A stretch of 63,009 nt of DNA, counting the filler, from Globobulimina sp. (lineage: Eukaryota), in NCBI GenBank assembly GCA_003354225.1. It is 20 parts of 20 records of this genome, joined end to end, with 100 filler letters (N's around TTAATTAATTAA, not from the genome) between each part and the next. Parts side by side here need not be neighbours in the genome. Positions count along the whole stretch, not along the records: positions 9,475 to 12,531 come from PIVH01003852.1; positions 12,632 to 15,688 come from PIVH01003853.1; positions 15,789 to 18,845 come from PIVH01003854.1; positions 18,946 to 22,001 come from PIVH01003855.1; positions 22,102 to 25,157 come from PIVH01003856.1; 15 more parts are not named here. One strand, given 5' to 3'. Under the pieces are notes generated by a model. The model was not told where the DNA came from, searched no databases, and saw only the letters and a list, made by a program, of their open reading frames with translations. Below are positions 10,572-22,677 of the stretch, one piece after another. Positions within the stretch are counted from its first letter, which is position 1. Each line of letters opens with the position of its first letter. The position numbers were made by a program, and so were the translations under genes.

Positions 10572-12272
10572 TTAAATTAAACGTTCAATTAAAACAGGTA
10601 ACGGAGGATCAATACAAGTAAAACCAACTTCTTTTACCTTTATTTCTTTGCTTTGATAGCTTTTGTCTTTGAATGAGAATGAATAATTTAACAACAAATA
10701 TGCCATTATAAAATAAAGCTGTTTTATTGCTAAATTCTTTCCAACGCAGTCTCGTCTTCCTGCACCAAATGACATGAAAGATTCATTTATTTCAAATTTT
10801 CCACTTTTTGCATTGATCCAATTTTCTAAACATACTTCATTTGTTGAATTGAGCCAAGCTTCTTTATAATTTGCAGTATTTTTATGCATCAATTCTATGT
10901 TTATTAATAACACTGAATCTTTTGGAATCACATATTGTTCATTATTCCCTAAATCAACATCAATATCTTTTGATGAATAATGTGGTATACAGCCTTTGGA
11001 TAAACTCGATGCTCGAAGTGTTTCATAAATAAATGCTCTGAAATATGTTAATTGACTGCCCCATTTTATGTCAAATCGACGAATGTTATCCTCGTTAATA
11101 TTCTCATGATTTGGTTTGTTTTTATTGTAACATTCCAATAATTCATTCCGTACTTTATTTTGTATATTTTCATATTTTGCACAAAATATGATTGCAAAAT
11201 TTAATGCTGACGATGTGCTGTGAACTCCAGCCATTAACAGTAACATTTGATCAGATATCATTTCGTATTCTGATACTTTATTATTTGTTACGTAATCAAT
11301 GTAATATGTTGCTGTATCAACAGAGTCTTTTTTTCTTTTACTTCTGATTTTGTGGAGTTTGTGTTGCAGTTTTAACAAGACAGAGTCCCTTTTTTTCACG
11401 AATTTCAATATTTTATGATAATTTGAATTTGGAAACAATTTTACCAAAAATATCATCCATTTTGGAAACATTTTATACCAAAATGCATCGGTAAACATTT
11501 GAAATCTGTTTATGACAAAATAATATACATACAAAATCAACTGTGTTAATCATAGAGAAACATACGTTTTCAATATTACGCACATCAAAGAATGATATAA
11601 TGGATCATTTGGTGATATGTGCTGTCCACAGATTGAATAATAAATTGTATTGAATGTAGAATGTTGCATCATTTCTAAAGGATACCATTCTTTATTTTGG
11701 TCACTTAACTTACTTAACTGTTTCATGACAGTGTTTGATAATGTTTCATCCAATATTTTGCCAATAGCATTTGATGTGCATGTTTTAAAAAATATTGTAT
11801 GAGATAATTTCCTTCTTTTTGCCCATTCTGAACCATTAATGTTTACAAACTGTTCTACCTCAAACATTGATTCAAGCTGCAATTCATTAGCATTCTCACC
11901 AAATCTTGGTCTGTTTAACGAATTTTTGTTCTTAAGTATTTGTTTTGCCATTTTGGAGGAGAAAATATTTGCTGTTCTGGGACCAAAACCATAGAATAAA
12001 TTGAAGAAAATTAGATCACCATATTCTTTTTTTAAATAACGATCGAGATCGTGGCCACGGTCATTCCTTGTCATAATTGTAAACAGTTGATTCAAGATAG
12101 ATGGTCCAGGTGGTAACTTGTAAATCTTTATACGAATATTCCAAATTAATTGATAGAAAGCAGCCAATGCCAATAATACTAACAGTGCTATCCATGCCCT
12201 TGAATTTATTTGATACAATGCAGAAAACACTGCGACAAATAATATCACTGCAGATTTGAATTTTTTGTTCAT
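10572..12272 (-). CDS. Cytochrome P450 (two exons, intron about 11506-11565)
   Basis: N-terminal TM anchor and LPPGP hinge; WAKRRK helix C; AGVHSTS I-helix; YETLR ExxR; heme motif FGAGRRDCVG. A GTATG...AACAG intron restores the frame. Confidence 0.95.
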
Positions 12273-12632
12273 TTTGCTCTGTCGGCTCTAAAATAATAAA
12301 ATTACTCGCTAAAATTAGTGCAGTTATGAATGCAGCTGCCATTTTAATACAGTTAATATATATTCTATTTATTTTTGATTTCATCGAATAATGGTCAATT
12401 TGTTTGGCAGATTAATAATCTATCTGTCTATATTCAGATTAGATAAACTCTGGATTCAGCTACACACAATTGCAGAACCGTTTTACTAAAATTTTACAAA
12501 AATTTTAAACATGACTTTTTATTGTATACTGNNNNNNNNNNNNNNNNNNNNNNNNNNNNNNNNNNNNNNNNNNNNTTAATTAATTAANNNNNNNNNNNNN
12601 NNNNNNNNNNNNNNNNNNNNNNNNNNNNNNNA

Positions 12633-13220
12633 AATAGGCGCTATATCCGGTCAGAGGCAAAAAAGCTGATTCGGAAAAGTGGCGTTGATAAATTTTCACT
12701 CAGAGGACTTGCGGCAATTTGCGACTATAGCCCCGCCGCATTGTATGAGTATTTCTCAAATAAAGAGGACATCCTGAAAACTATCGCCCTCCAAATTGAA
12801 AAGGAAATGCGGGAGTCTCTTATCCACGAAGTAAATACCCTTAACGATCTGATTATGCTTGGATCCAGATATATAGCATTTGCGAAAAATCAACCAGAAG
12901 ATTATCTACTTCTGTTTACCTCCTTTTCTTCTGGGAGACGGAGTGAGAACGAAGCTTTGCCTGAGACTTCGGCCTATATTGTTTTATTTAATCTGGTCTC
13001 CAAACTGATGGAGTCTGGAGAATTGATTCTGGCCAAAGATGTAGGAGTGGAGGAAATATGCTATACCTATTGGGTATTCCTTCACGGTCATGTCATGATG
13101 CAATTAACCTCACTTGCAAAAGTAGAGAAAATTTGTCATGTCATAATAGAAGTGACTCTCCACACATGCAGTAATTTAGACCATCTATATGTACAAAATA
13201 CAGTATTTGCCTGTTACTAG
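12633..13220 (+). CDS. Bacterial TetR/AcrR-family regulator (WHG-type C-domain), fragment
   Basis: Upstream in-frame read gives EAKKLIRKSGVDKFSLRGLAAICDYSPAALYEYFSNKEDIL (TetR HTH); YWVFLHG motif. Similarity appears to end near 13115. Confidence 0.88.
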   Translation, partial: NRRYIRSEAKKLIRKSGVDKFSLRGLAAICDYSPAALYEYFSNKEDILKTIALQIEKEMRESLIHEVNTLNDLIMLGSRYIAFAKNQPEDYLLLFTSFSSGRRSENEALPETSAYIVLFNLVSKLMESGELILAKDVGVEEICYTYWVFLHGHVMMQLTSLAKVEKICHVIIEVTLHTCSNLDHLYVQNTVFACY

Positions 13221-15506
13221 GATAGGTGAAAGTAGTTTTCTGCATTTTTAATTAATAGAAAATAGTAATGTAGGCGCCTACCAATAGACATTTTTTGCGC
13301 CCTACACACCGTTTTAAAGTAATTTTTTCGTATGGATGGGTTGCTCAATACTAAGGTATTAGAGCTTGTTGGCCATTATTGTGGTTTTGCCAACAGTTTA
13401 AATGCAACGCAAACCGGCTAGGACTTAGTACATTTATTAGATAATAGTTGGTTGTAGGTTTTCGTTTTTCCTATTTTATATTAAATTTTTAAAGCCATTT
13501 TTAGACAATATGACTGTGAAATAGTAGCACATCCAGTTAGTCCATTGAGTCATTAGCCAATAATTACTGTATGACACATGTGGAAAGGACGAACTTGTAT
13601 CCCCCTACATGCAAAATATCCAAAGAGAATACTTCCGAGTAACTCTAAAAGTCAGCATTAGCTGAACTGTTTGCCGAAAATTTAATACTGCTGCCGAAGG
13701 AATAACAAAGAATAATGTCATAGTACACCTTAAAGGGTAGTACATTGTCTCCCCATTAGCATTGCATTGTTGGGATGTTACTATGTGTATTTGGGGTCTC
13801 AATAAATCGAGCAGCAATGTATATTAGGCAACAAATGAGATACGGCGTTTTTGTGTGTGCACTGTGCCTATAATCTATCATGCGGTGGGCAACCTATTTA
13901 GTTGTAAAACTCTACTATCGTTTTTATGCGTCAGTGGCTCGCTCATTCATTCATTTATGCGTGTGTACTATAATGCAATCAGATTAGACACACACATTGA
14001 GCTATGCTTTGTAAACACCTAACAGCAGCCAAAATCGTATAGTCGCTTGCTTGCTTGATAACTTTCTAAAATCTAGTAAAACTAGTTTGTGTGAGATTAT
14101 ACAGCAGCAATCAAGTCTCTTTTGCGTTCGCATTCTAGCTCTATTGCATCTAAATTGCCCTCCTATTTTAAAGCAAAGGCACGCTATGTTCTCCATATTT
14201 TCCATCATGCATAATGGAGTATAAATACCGTATTTTTCGTTTTCAATCAGTTCTTGCGCTAAAAATTACATCAAACAGGATGGGGTAGGGGAAGGATTAC
14301 ATATTCATGTAATGTTACAGTAATAGTACAGTACATACCATCTTATTACACCTTTAGGTACTGGTATATATGGACTAAGGATGCAGTTCACTTGGTAATG
14401 GCAGTTTATATGGAAATGACTTTGCTGTAGTAAATGATGCAGGCTTTCCTTCGGTCAGTTATTCCATTATAGTGCAGTCATTCCATTAAATGCATAGTAT
14501 ATTATACCATACCATATGGTATATTGCTATTGCCAGTATCCTGTTGAACAACTATTGTTGTTGCAGTATATTGTTTTTAGTAACATACATTTTTAAATTT
14601 TTAATTATAGTTGTATGTTGTGTAACAACACTAACACCAAACTATAGCTAACCCCAAGGTATTCTAGTAGTATGGGAGCTCATAATATAATAAATAATAC
14701 ATCATTAAATATCATTTGTCATTGGTTACCATCAATATATAGTACCATATACCATCTATATGAAGTGTTGTGACTTTAAAGCTATCCCTAGTAGTATTTG
14801 GACATGCTATCTTGTAGTCATGCCTGAATCATGGTAAAACATATGGGGATAGGTTTATTGTCTCATGCAGTCATAAAAATGGTGCAAAATTTATTTATTT
14901 TTAGACCAATTCAATGGCAGATCATTCCAGGATGGGCCAACCACTCAAGGTCATCAACATGATAGCAGGGAGGCATATAACATCAAAGTCTGATGTTATC
15001 ATTGGAAATTGAACAATTTGAAGTTGGCGCCTTACCCTGCCAGGACATACATCAAACTGGAACTAATTAATGGCGCACGGTAGCCCAGCTGGTCCATCTC
15101 AAGAGGCTGGTGGCGTGATGTGAGAAATTTGACTATCACTGGCCAAACTAATGCAACTACAAGGCGAACTGAAAACTGGTGATCAGTGAGCTTGGCTCTC
15201 ATGATTAGTTGTTCATATGAGTTGTTAATGTTCAGTTATATATTGTCTGCCTGCTGTGCTCTCCTCTACTTGTACATAGTGTTGCCGAGCCCTTCGATAA
15301 AGAAAACTTTGGTTTTTATGTCCCTAACACCTGTCATCCCTTCCGTCGTTTTTCAGCAGTGGCTTTGAGTTCGATCGTCGTCGCCACAAGAACAGGTACA
15401 TCATTCTGAACAGACTTGACTCTCTTCACAGAGCCGGGAGCGGTTCTTATCTATGCCATCTGAAGGTTCGGTCCACGCTACCCACATTATACCGAACAGT
15501 CATAGC

Positions 15507-15598
15507 ACAGTTGCAGCGCCCGTTGGTGACTAGCCCTTAAGATATAGTATAACATCATAATACAATCTAGGACAGCTGCAGCGCCTTCGGTGACTAGC
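15507..15598 (+). repeat. Imperfect direct repeat pair ending in GGTGACTAGC
   Basis: acagttgcagcgcccgttggtgactagc (15507-15534) and acagctgcagcgccttcggtgactagc (15572-15598). Confidence 0.7.
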
Positions 15599-16063
15599 AA
15601 ATAAGCTTAATAAGATTATACAAACAGTTATATTACTGTTATAATAGGTACCAAAGCTCGATGGGCCCAATGCTAATCTAGTTTAGGTNNNNNNNNNNNN
15701 NNNNNNNNNNNNNNNNNNNNNNNNNNNNNNNNTTAATTAATTAANNNNNNNNNNNNNNNNNNNNNNNNNNNNNNNNNNNNNNNNNNNNTGATTTTATAGA
15801 ATCCATATACTTTATTTTTGCTCTTTGCTCTGCGGCCTTATCACTTGAACAACAAGCACAATTACCCATTATCGATTCAGTTTAATACGTTTATAAAAAC
15901 GCACAGTGTTTGTAGGTAGAAACGGTCGAAATTCTCCCACTTTTTGTGTACGTGGTTAATTTAACAAGAATAATTATCAGAGATAAATACCCAAAAAACA
16001 GAAAAAATTTCATTGATTGAAAGACAATTTGACACACATACACAGAATATAACAAATTAAAGT

Positions 16064-17791
16064 TTAATTAACATCGACATGCATATCTAACGTATCGTTT
16101 TCATTCATTTCATAGCCATTCAGCTGTCTTAAATACCCAATCTCGTTCACATTCCCTTCATCCTCACCCACATCGTTACATTTATTCGATTGTATAAAAT
16201 TCGAAAATAGCATTTTATTTTTCTTTTCATCGCTAATATCCATCTCATCCAACACCAATCTTTTCTTTTCATGGCCATCCTCATCATTCCGTACCTCGCA
16301 TTTAAAATATTTCCTCAATTCAAATTGCTGCAATTCCCGTCCATTCAACTCGCACTCATACCGTTCTTGTTCATATTCAATACTTTGGAAATCAATGCAA
16401 TATTCACTATAAATCTTATCTATCTCTGATGCCATTCCATTAATAAACTCATTGTCATCCAATACCATATCACCATCATTCAACACCATGGCATCCGCAG
16501 TGTGCTCCAACTCGAAATCAAAAATCCGCGTCAAATACTCCTCATTCTTCAACTGGCCCTGCACATATTGCGTAAAATCGATCTCTTCCTGTATCCGGCC
16601 ACAAAAATCCTCCATATTCGCCAACTGATTGGCATAAAATTGCAATTCGTCCCGCAAACACTCATCGTCTTCGACGGGCGTTTTCGAGCGGTTATTGTTG
16701 CTCTGTTGCATTGGCATCTTATTCTGCGCCGTTGCTGTGGGTGGAGATTGAGTCATTTTTATTGCATTAAACGACTTTATGCACGGTTTAATGCACACAT
16801 TCACCACTTCAAAGTCGATGCAATTCACGATGGACTTGATGTTTTTCTTGATTTCTAATAGAAATTGCAACACATTCCTGCTGATAAAGGACAGGTTGTT
16901 GACGTAAATGTCGGTCAATGGCACCACGAAGGAGTCGATCAGCGACAATTCAAAGTTCTGAATGGCGAGCCACGGCTTAGCCGCAGGGGCATAAAATAAA
17001 TTATTTAATTTCAAATTTGGAATTGGAAAGTCTGGGATTGAAATCTCGTCGAATTCTGTCACGATTTTGAACTTTGTGGTTCGCGTCGACTTTTTGAAGA
17101 CGATACGCTTCTTTTTCCTGACTTTTTTTTTGATGATCTCTTTGTGTGTCTTGTATTCTACAATTTTTTTCATTTTCTTTTTTTTCTTTTTCTTCCTCTT
17201 TTTCTGCTTTTTTTGCGCTTTTCCAGCCATTATTTCTGCTTCTTTTTTGTTGTTGGAATCGATTAATTTTTGCAAAGCGGATATTGGCGCGGTATGACGA
17301 CGTAATTTGGCTGCTTTCTGTAGGGCAAATACTTGTTTTTTTGGTGGTTTTTTGGTTTTTAACTCTTCTTTGGATAATTCGCGTAATACGCCGTCGTCGG
17401 TATTGCTGTTGGTGGTGGATTGAGGCCAATATTTTTGTAAATATTTTTCTTTGTCGATTGCGTTATTTATTGGCGTTCGTTTGAACCATTTGAAGCCATC
17501 ACTTTCTTCCACGGCGATGATGATATTGGAGGGGTTGAAACCGCCATATTTGGCAATATCTGCTATTTCAGAGTCTGATAATAGTCGACGTTTTTTATTT
17601 GGATTATCAGTCAAATCATTATTATTATTGGTGGTGGTATTGTGGTTGTTGTTTATTTCTGAATAATTACGCTTTTGGCCAGTAATTTGCGATGGATTGT
17701 GTGTTATTGGGGTCTTCCAAAAGGATGGACGCCTCTCAAATTTAGCTTTTACTTGCAAATCAGACATGTTTAGTACTAAGTCACTCAACAC
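16064..17791 (-). CDS. Hypothetical protein (Lys-rich middle, acidic coiled-coil C-terminus), likely nuclear
   Basis: 575 aa open frame (first ATG at about 17767); NLS-like NPNKKRRL and poly-Lys tract; no family recognised. Confidence 0.65.
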   Translation of the reverse strand: MLSDLVLNMSDLQVKAKFERRPSFWKTPITHNPSQITGQKRNYSEINNNHNTTTNNNNDLTDNPNKKRRLLSDSEIADIAKYGGFNPSNIIIAVEESDGFKWFKRTPINNAIDKEKYLQKYWPQSTTNSNTDDGVLRELSKEELKTKKPPKKQVFALQKAAKLRRHTAPISALQKLIDSNNKKEAEIMAGKAQKKQKKRKKKKKKKMKKIVEYKTHKEIIKKKVRKKKRIVFKKSTRTTKFKIVTEFDEISIPDFPIPNLKLNNLFYAPAAKPWLAIQNFELSLIDSFVVPLTDIYVNNLSFISRNVLQFLLEIKKNIKSIVNCIDFEVVNVCIKPCIKSFNAIKMTQSPPTATAQNKMPMQQSNNNRSKTPVEDDECLRDELQFYANQLANMEDFCGRIQEEIDFTQYVQGQLKNEEYLTRIFDFELEHTADAMVLNDGDMVLDDNEFINGMASEIDKIYSEYCIDFQSIEYEQERYECELNGRELQQFELRKYFKCEVRNDEDGHEKKRLVLDEMDISDEKKNKMLFSNFIQSNKCNDVGEDEGNVNEIGYLRQLNGYEMNENDTLDMHVDVN

Positions 17792-18303
17792 TTTCTGTGC
17801 AAAACATCTTTTTAAGATCAGTTTCTTTTGTGTCAGACATAACTATTAATTGGCTGCTAGAGCTGCAGGGTTGGTGATACTGTCACATGAGTATATGTAC
17901 AGGTCGTTCTTCTCACACAGTTACATCGACCACAAATATTTAGTTGTGATATTCACTATTCAGACATCAATGCAAGGAATTATTGTTGTACAAGCAGCGT
18001 ATACTGTATGTCTTGATATTTATTACAAATATATAGTAAAACAATAATGCTTAATATTTTTAACTTACACCAATCACCTTTTCATACATTTTCATCATGC
18101 AATAAAACAAAACAGAATGTTACAAAACAGTGATTTCTTAATATGTATACAATTGCAACAGATCCAGACTCCAGAGTCAAATACAGGGAATAATTTGCGT
18201 AACTATCATAAACATGAATTCATTTGATTTGATTTCGAGAACACTTACACTTCATAAAAATAATTACAGATTATATAATTATACATGGACATTGTGGTTT
18301 ATT

Positions 18304-18845
18304 TCAGTTAAAAGAAATGCTGTCTCCTTTAAAAAATGTATACATTATAACAACCAAATAATATGTTTTTGCCAACTGTATATTCCTAAAAGCAATTCCT
18401 TGATCAATCCCATTTACTGAATATCCCATTTCTTGTTTTTCAAAATCTACTCTCACTTCAATTACATCACCGGTACCCCATTTAATTCCATATTCTCCCT
18501 CTTTTCCTAAATTGAATTTATAACCACTGTCTCCATCATATGATTCATATCCATACTCTATCTCATTATAATCAGCATCAACATTCCTGTTTGAATGAAT
18601 ACCAATACACATTTTACCCCTCCTTTCCTTACATGTCAACCTCCATTGATATTTATATTTATGTTTGCTGCTTGCATCAATTCCTATACTTCCAAATGCA
18701 ATGCCAATGCCACAACCATATCCACCATTGCTTATAACAGCTTTCCCATTCTTTGAGATTATAAGCGTTTCCTGCGCAATTTCGAATGTGTCTACAATAT
18801 TTTTATAATAATCGCCATAATAATTGTAACAAACTTGATTAATGG
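18304..18845 (-). CDS. SPRY/B30.2-like domain protein, 5' partial
   Basis: Frame extends upstream (TFEIAQETLIISKNGK...AFGSIGI...YQWRL) into MCIGI...GDVIEVRVDFEKQEMGYSVNGIDQGIAFRNI, a typical SPRY end. Confidence 0.75.
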
Positions 18846-19041
18846 NNNNNNNNNNNNNNNNNNNNNNNNNNNNNNNNNNNNNNNNNNNNTTAATTAATTA
18901 ANNNNNNNNNNNNNNNNNNNNNNNNNNNNNNNNNNNNNNNNNNNNTTGTTTGTAATTTCATAATCGATTATTGTTAACTCCGAGATACTTTGTACATTAT
19001 CTTTAACCTTCAAAAACTTTTTCACTTTGTACATTATCGTC

Positions 19042-19995
19042 ATGGCTTCACGTAAACTTGCCCTCGTCACAGGAGGTAACAAAGGCATAGGTTACGCCAT
19101 TTGTAAGCAACTCCTTCAAACGCAAAGGTTTAATGTATTGTTGGCGACACGCAACCTTGAAAACGGTAAAAACGCACTAGAAAACCTGAAAAAAGACATA
19201 CCAGACTTGGATTTAAACAATATCGATTTATTGGAATTAGATGTGTCCAAACAAGCCTCCATAGATTCCTCGTTAGATTATCTAAAGAGAGAAAAGTCAA
19301 TCTCAGCCTTAGATATCTTAGTCAATAACGCCGGCATTGCCTCCGGTGACGAGTTTAATGCAGCTCTCGTAAAACAAGTGTTTGCCACCAACTTCTATGG
19401 AGCCATGAATTGTACCACAGCGTATTTACCATTGTTGCAATCATCCAACAATGCGAGAATATTAATGATGTCATCGCGCGTCGGAGCCATCACAAAATTG
19501 AGCAACAACGAGGCTGTAAAAGCAGAGTTAAACTCAGCAGATTTACAATATGCTGACTTATTGCGTATAATGGATGGGTTTGTAATGGATTTGGAGGCTA
19601 TGGAAGGCGAAGGTTTTTTGGATGGAAATGGGAATCTGAGTAAGGAGGATGTGAAGGAACGTGGATGGTGGAATAGTGCGTATGGAATGAGCAAATTGGG
19701 ACTGTCTACATATTCGAGGATATTATCCATGGATACACGCAATATTGCAGCGTATAATATATTTGTGGCGAGTTATTGTCCTGGCTTTGTGGCCACGGAT
19801 ATGACCTCGGCGTATGGTAAGAATATACCATTGGGGCCGGATGATGGAGCGCGTGGAATGGTGATGTTAGCAAATGATGAGAGCGACAAGTATGGAAATG
19901 GAAAGTTTTGGTGTTTAAATAGCAGCGAAGATGAGGATTTAAGTAATGTTGATTGGTATAATTGTCGTATACCAAGGAAAAGAAAAGAAAAGTAA
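19042..19995 (+). CDS. Short-chain dehydrogenase/reductase, carbonyl reductase (CBR1-like)
   Basis: ALVTGGNKGIG, LDILVNNAGI, TNFYG, SSRVG, YGMSK (YxxxK), CPGFVATDM. Confidence 0.95.
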   Translation: MASRKLALVTGGNKGIGYAICKQLLQTQRFNVLLATRNLENGKNALENLKKDIPDLDLNNIDLLELDVSKQASIDSSLDYLKREKSISALDILVNNAGIASGDEFNAALVKQVFATNFYGAMNCTTAYLPLLQSSNNARILMMSSRVGAITKLSNNEAVKAELNSADLQYADLLRIMDGFVMDLEAMEGEGFLDGNGNLSKEDVKERGWWNSAYGMSKLGLSTYSRILSMDTRNIAAYNIFVASYCPGFVATDMTSAYGKNIPLGPDDGARGMVMLANDESDKYGNGKFWCLNSSEDEDLSNVDWYNCRIPRKRKEK

Positions 19996-20186
19996 TTGTT
20001 TTGTAAATGATAGATTATGACTGCATGCTTCATTTTTTTGTGTTTATTTATTATGTTGTTATATTTTTAAGCTTTGATAATTTATAAACGAGTCAATTAC
20101 AAATGGTGACGACATGGTTGTAGTACGTGAAAAAGTTTTTTACTTAAAAATAAATTTACAACATTCAATCTATACAAATACTAGAT

Positions 20187-21453
20187 TTATTCACCAGTGC
20201 CAGACGAGGTAACCACCGGCGCCTTCTCCAATTCATATCCATATGGTAACTCATCTTTAAATGGATAATCGGGATGGTTTGAAGCCTCCCTCCAAAATAA
20301 GTGTCTCCAGCCAACATTGATGCCATCAAATGCCACCATATCTTGCTCACTTAATTCGAAATCATACACTTGGATATTGCCAATGATCCGTGCTTCCGTC
20401 ACAGATTTTGTCACCAAAGCATACGATCCATTTTTTCGTTGTACATGCCACCTCAATATAATCTAAAACAAAATAAAACATTACACACCAAATGTGCGCG
20501 GATAATATAAATATAAATAACAAAACCTGTGCAGGCGTTTTATTATACTTTGTAGCTAAAGTCTGAATAAATGGGTCTTGTAGCGGTATGACGCCAGTCG
20601 GAGATTGACTGACTGCCATATGCGTATCACCAGAACCCAACGAACTGAATGCTTGGAATACAATGCCATTGATATTACAAAAATCGATTAAATCCTTCTG
20701 TTGCAAGTATGGATGACACTCATTTTGTAAAACTGCAACTTGATGCTTCAAATTCATATTCAATACTTCCTCAACCTGCGCTTTATTGAAATTGCTTAAA
20801 CCAATACTTTTCACCATGCCGCTCGATACCAAATCTTGCATTGCTTCCCAGGTCGCAGTAAAATGATGTTCTGCATCGGAGGTAAAATAGCCATCATCGT
20901 CGATGGGAAACATTGTTCCTTTTCTATAATTTGCTGGAAAGGCACCTATTTTGGCATATTGATTATATATTTAATATCAGATTGCGCTCAAATGGGAGTA
21001 TGAGAGACCTGTGGTGCGTAAGGTTGGTGCATTGATAACTGAGGGACTGGCTTGCGGCCAATGGATAACATAAGAATCAATATATTGCAGTTTTAAATCA
21101 GTTAACGTCTGTTCTAAATCTGCTTTGATATGTTCTGCTCTGTGATTACTGTTCCATAATTTCGATTGGATGAATAAATCATTTCGTTTAAGATCACCCC
21201 GTTCTAACACGGATGCGATGGCTGCGCCTACTTCTGGCTCATTGTTGTAATCATTGGCTGTGTCTAAATTTGTATAACCGTTTTCTAAGCCAATTTGAAC
21301 TGCTTTCTGGGTCACTCCAGGCGGTGATTTCCAAGTTCCCAACGCGATTTGCGGCATTAATGCGCCACTACGTAGTGTTAAATTTGGTACTGTCAATGCG
21401 GTGGCTTTTGCTGCGAAACTACGTTGACTGATCCTTTGTAATTTGTGCATCAT
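20187..21453 (-). CDS. Aldo-keto reductase (3 exons; introns 20946-21008 and 20463-20526)
   Basis: LGTWKS, LDTANDYNNE (D,Y), QSKLWN (K), VIHWP (H), KSIGLSNF, QNECHPYLQQ, TPAQ|IILRWHVQR. GT-AG introns of 63 and 64 nt restore the frame. N-terminus MMHKLQRISQRSFA is presequence-like. Confidence 0.95.
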
Positions 21454-21464
21454 TTTTGGCTTTG

Positions 21465-21482
21465 TTTCAGTTGGAACTGAAA
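21465..21482. promoter_or_regulatory. Perfect inverted repeat TTTCAGTT-GG-AACTGAAA in a 39-bp divergent intergenic gap
   Basis: 8-bp arms with a 2-nt spacer between the AKR ATG (21453, -) and the TLDc ATG (21493, +). A regulatory role is inference. Confidence 0.4.
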
Positions 21483-21492
21483 AACTTTGTTG

Positions 21493-22001
21493 ATGATGGA
21501 TCTGAAAAGAGTTGCAACATTTAACCAGAAATATGTAGACATTGTCTTTGGTTTTATCAAGGAATCGCAGCTATTATTTCCGCATAATACATGCTTGATT
21601 ATTCCAGATTTGGTGAAACATTTATGTTTGTTGTATTATTGTAATACATTGAATTCATCCATTTTGTCAGTCACTGAAGAATCTCGTTTTTTAGCCTTAT
21701 TGCATAAAAAAAATGTGATTGCTAATCTGGATAATTATTCATGGAATTTATTATATCGGAGATCTGAGGATGGATTTAGTTTTGATATCTTTCGTAAAAA
21801 ATGCCATGGATTTAAAAATATTTTTGCGATTATTCATACCGATTCAAACAATGTTTTTGGAGGATATTTGAGTGTTGGTTGGACGGTTAAAATTCCTACA
21901 AATTATAAAATAGTGTCTGATTCTAAATCGTTTTTATTTTTGCTGCGATCCTCAAAAGGATATCCAATGCAAATATTCCCCATCATTGGAGAGGAAGCTT
22001 C
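21493..22001 (+). CDS. TLDc domain protein, 3' truncated
   Basis: WNLLYRRSEDGFS...FRKKCHG...IIHTDSNNVFGGY...DSKSFLFLL; N-terminal IVFGFIKE...IPDLVKHLCLLYY motif. Confidence 0.9.
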
Positions 22002-22677
22002 NNNNNNNNNNNNNNNNNNNNNNNNNNNNNNNNNNNNNNNNNNNNTTAATTAATTAANNNNNNNNNNNNNNNNNNNNNNNNNNNNNNNNNNNNNNNNNNN
22101 NAAGATCTATTTGTTTGATTTATTTCAGTGTATGTCTATAAAAACAAACTAATTCACATTAATTTTTCAATTTTTAAAATATACAGAAATATAATTAATT
22201 ATAGTTAATTGAAGAAAGAAACAAGAATTCATGTGCCGCTCCTTATGATTTGCTTATTGGTTGAATCGGTTTGTTTCATTCATTAATTTGCTTATAATCC
22301 AAACCTAATTCTAATCATTATATTCTATAACTTTAATTCTATAATCAACACCATTTAAATGCACTAATTTTATAGTCAAGTTTTTTTGAACTACACTGTG
22401 TGAACATTACAAATAGCGCCGACTGTATCAAAATATCTTCATAATTTGCCTGGAATCGCAGACATCGTGGAATTATTTATAAAAAATGTTTAAAACCAAA
22501 TCCGATTGAAATCGTACTGCCGCTGCCTCTAAATGGTGCTCCTCCGATTGGTGGCGGATGAAACGTTATTAGCACCGGCTTACATTTAATGTCATTGCCA
22601 ACATATTCAAGTCGGACAGTGCGGCAATAATATTTGCTGTGATCAGGAACATAAATTGGATGAAGGAAATATTAGAA

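Noticed and set aside
10572-13220. P450 regulated by the neighbouring TetR
   Set aside because: They lie on different contigs separated by a linker, and one is an intron-containing eukaryotic gene while the other is bacterial.
13300-15400. Short ORFs, retroelement or RNA genes in the gene-free stretch
   Set aside because: No RT or endonuclease motif, tRNA cloverleaf or rRNA-like sequence recognised; ORFs are 70 aa or less and featureless.
17001-17484. Overlapping Phe-rich or Lys/Arg-rich ORFs
   Set aside because: They are shadows of the poly-Lys coding tract of the 575 aa ORF.
16064-17791. Assignment as a kinetochore protein (Dsn1-like)
   Set aside because: Only generic RRxS and coiled-coil features; no specific motif I can support.
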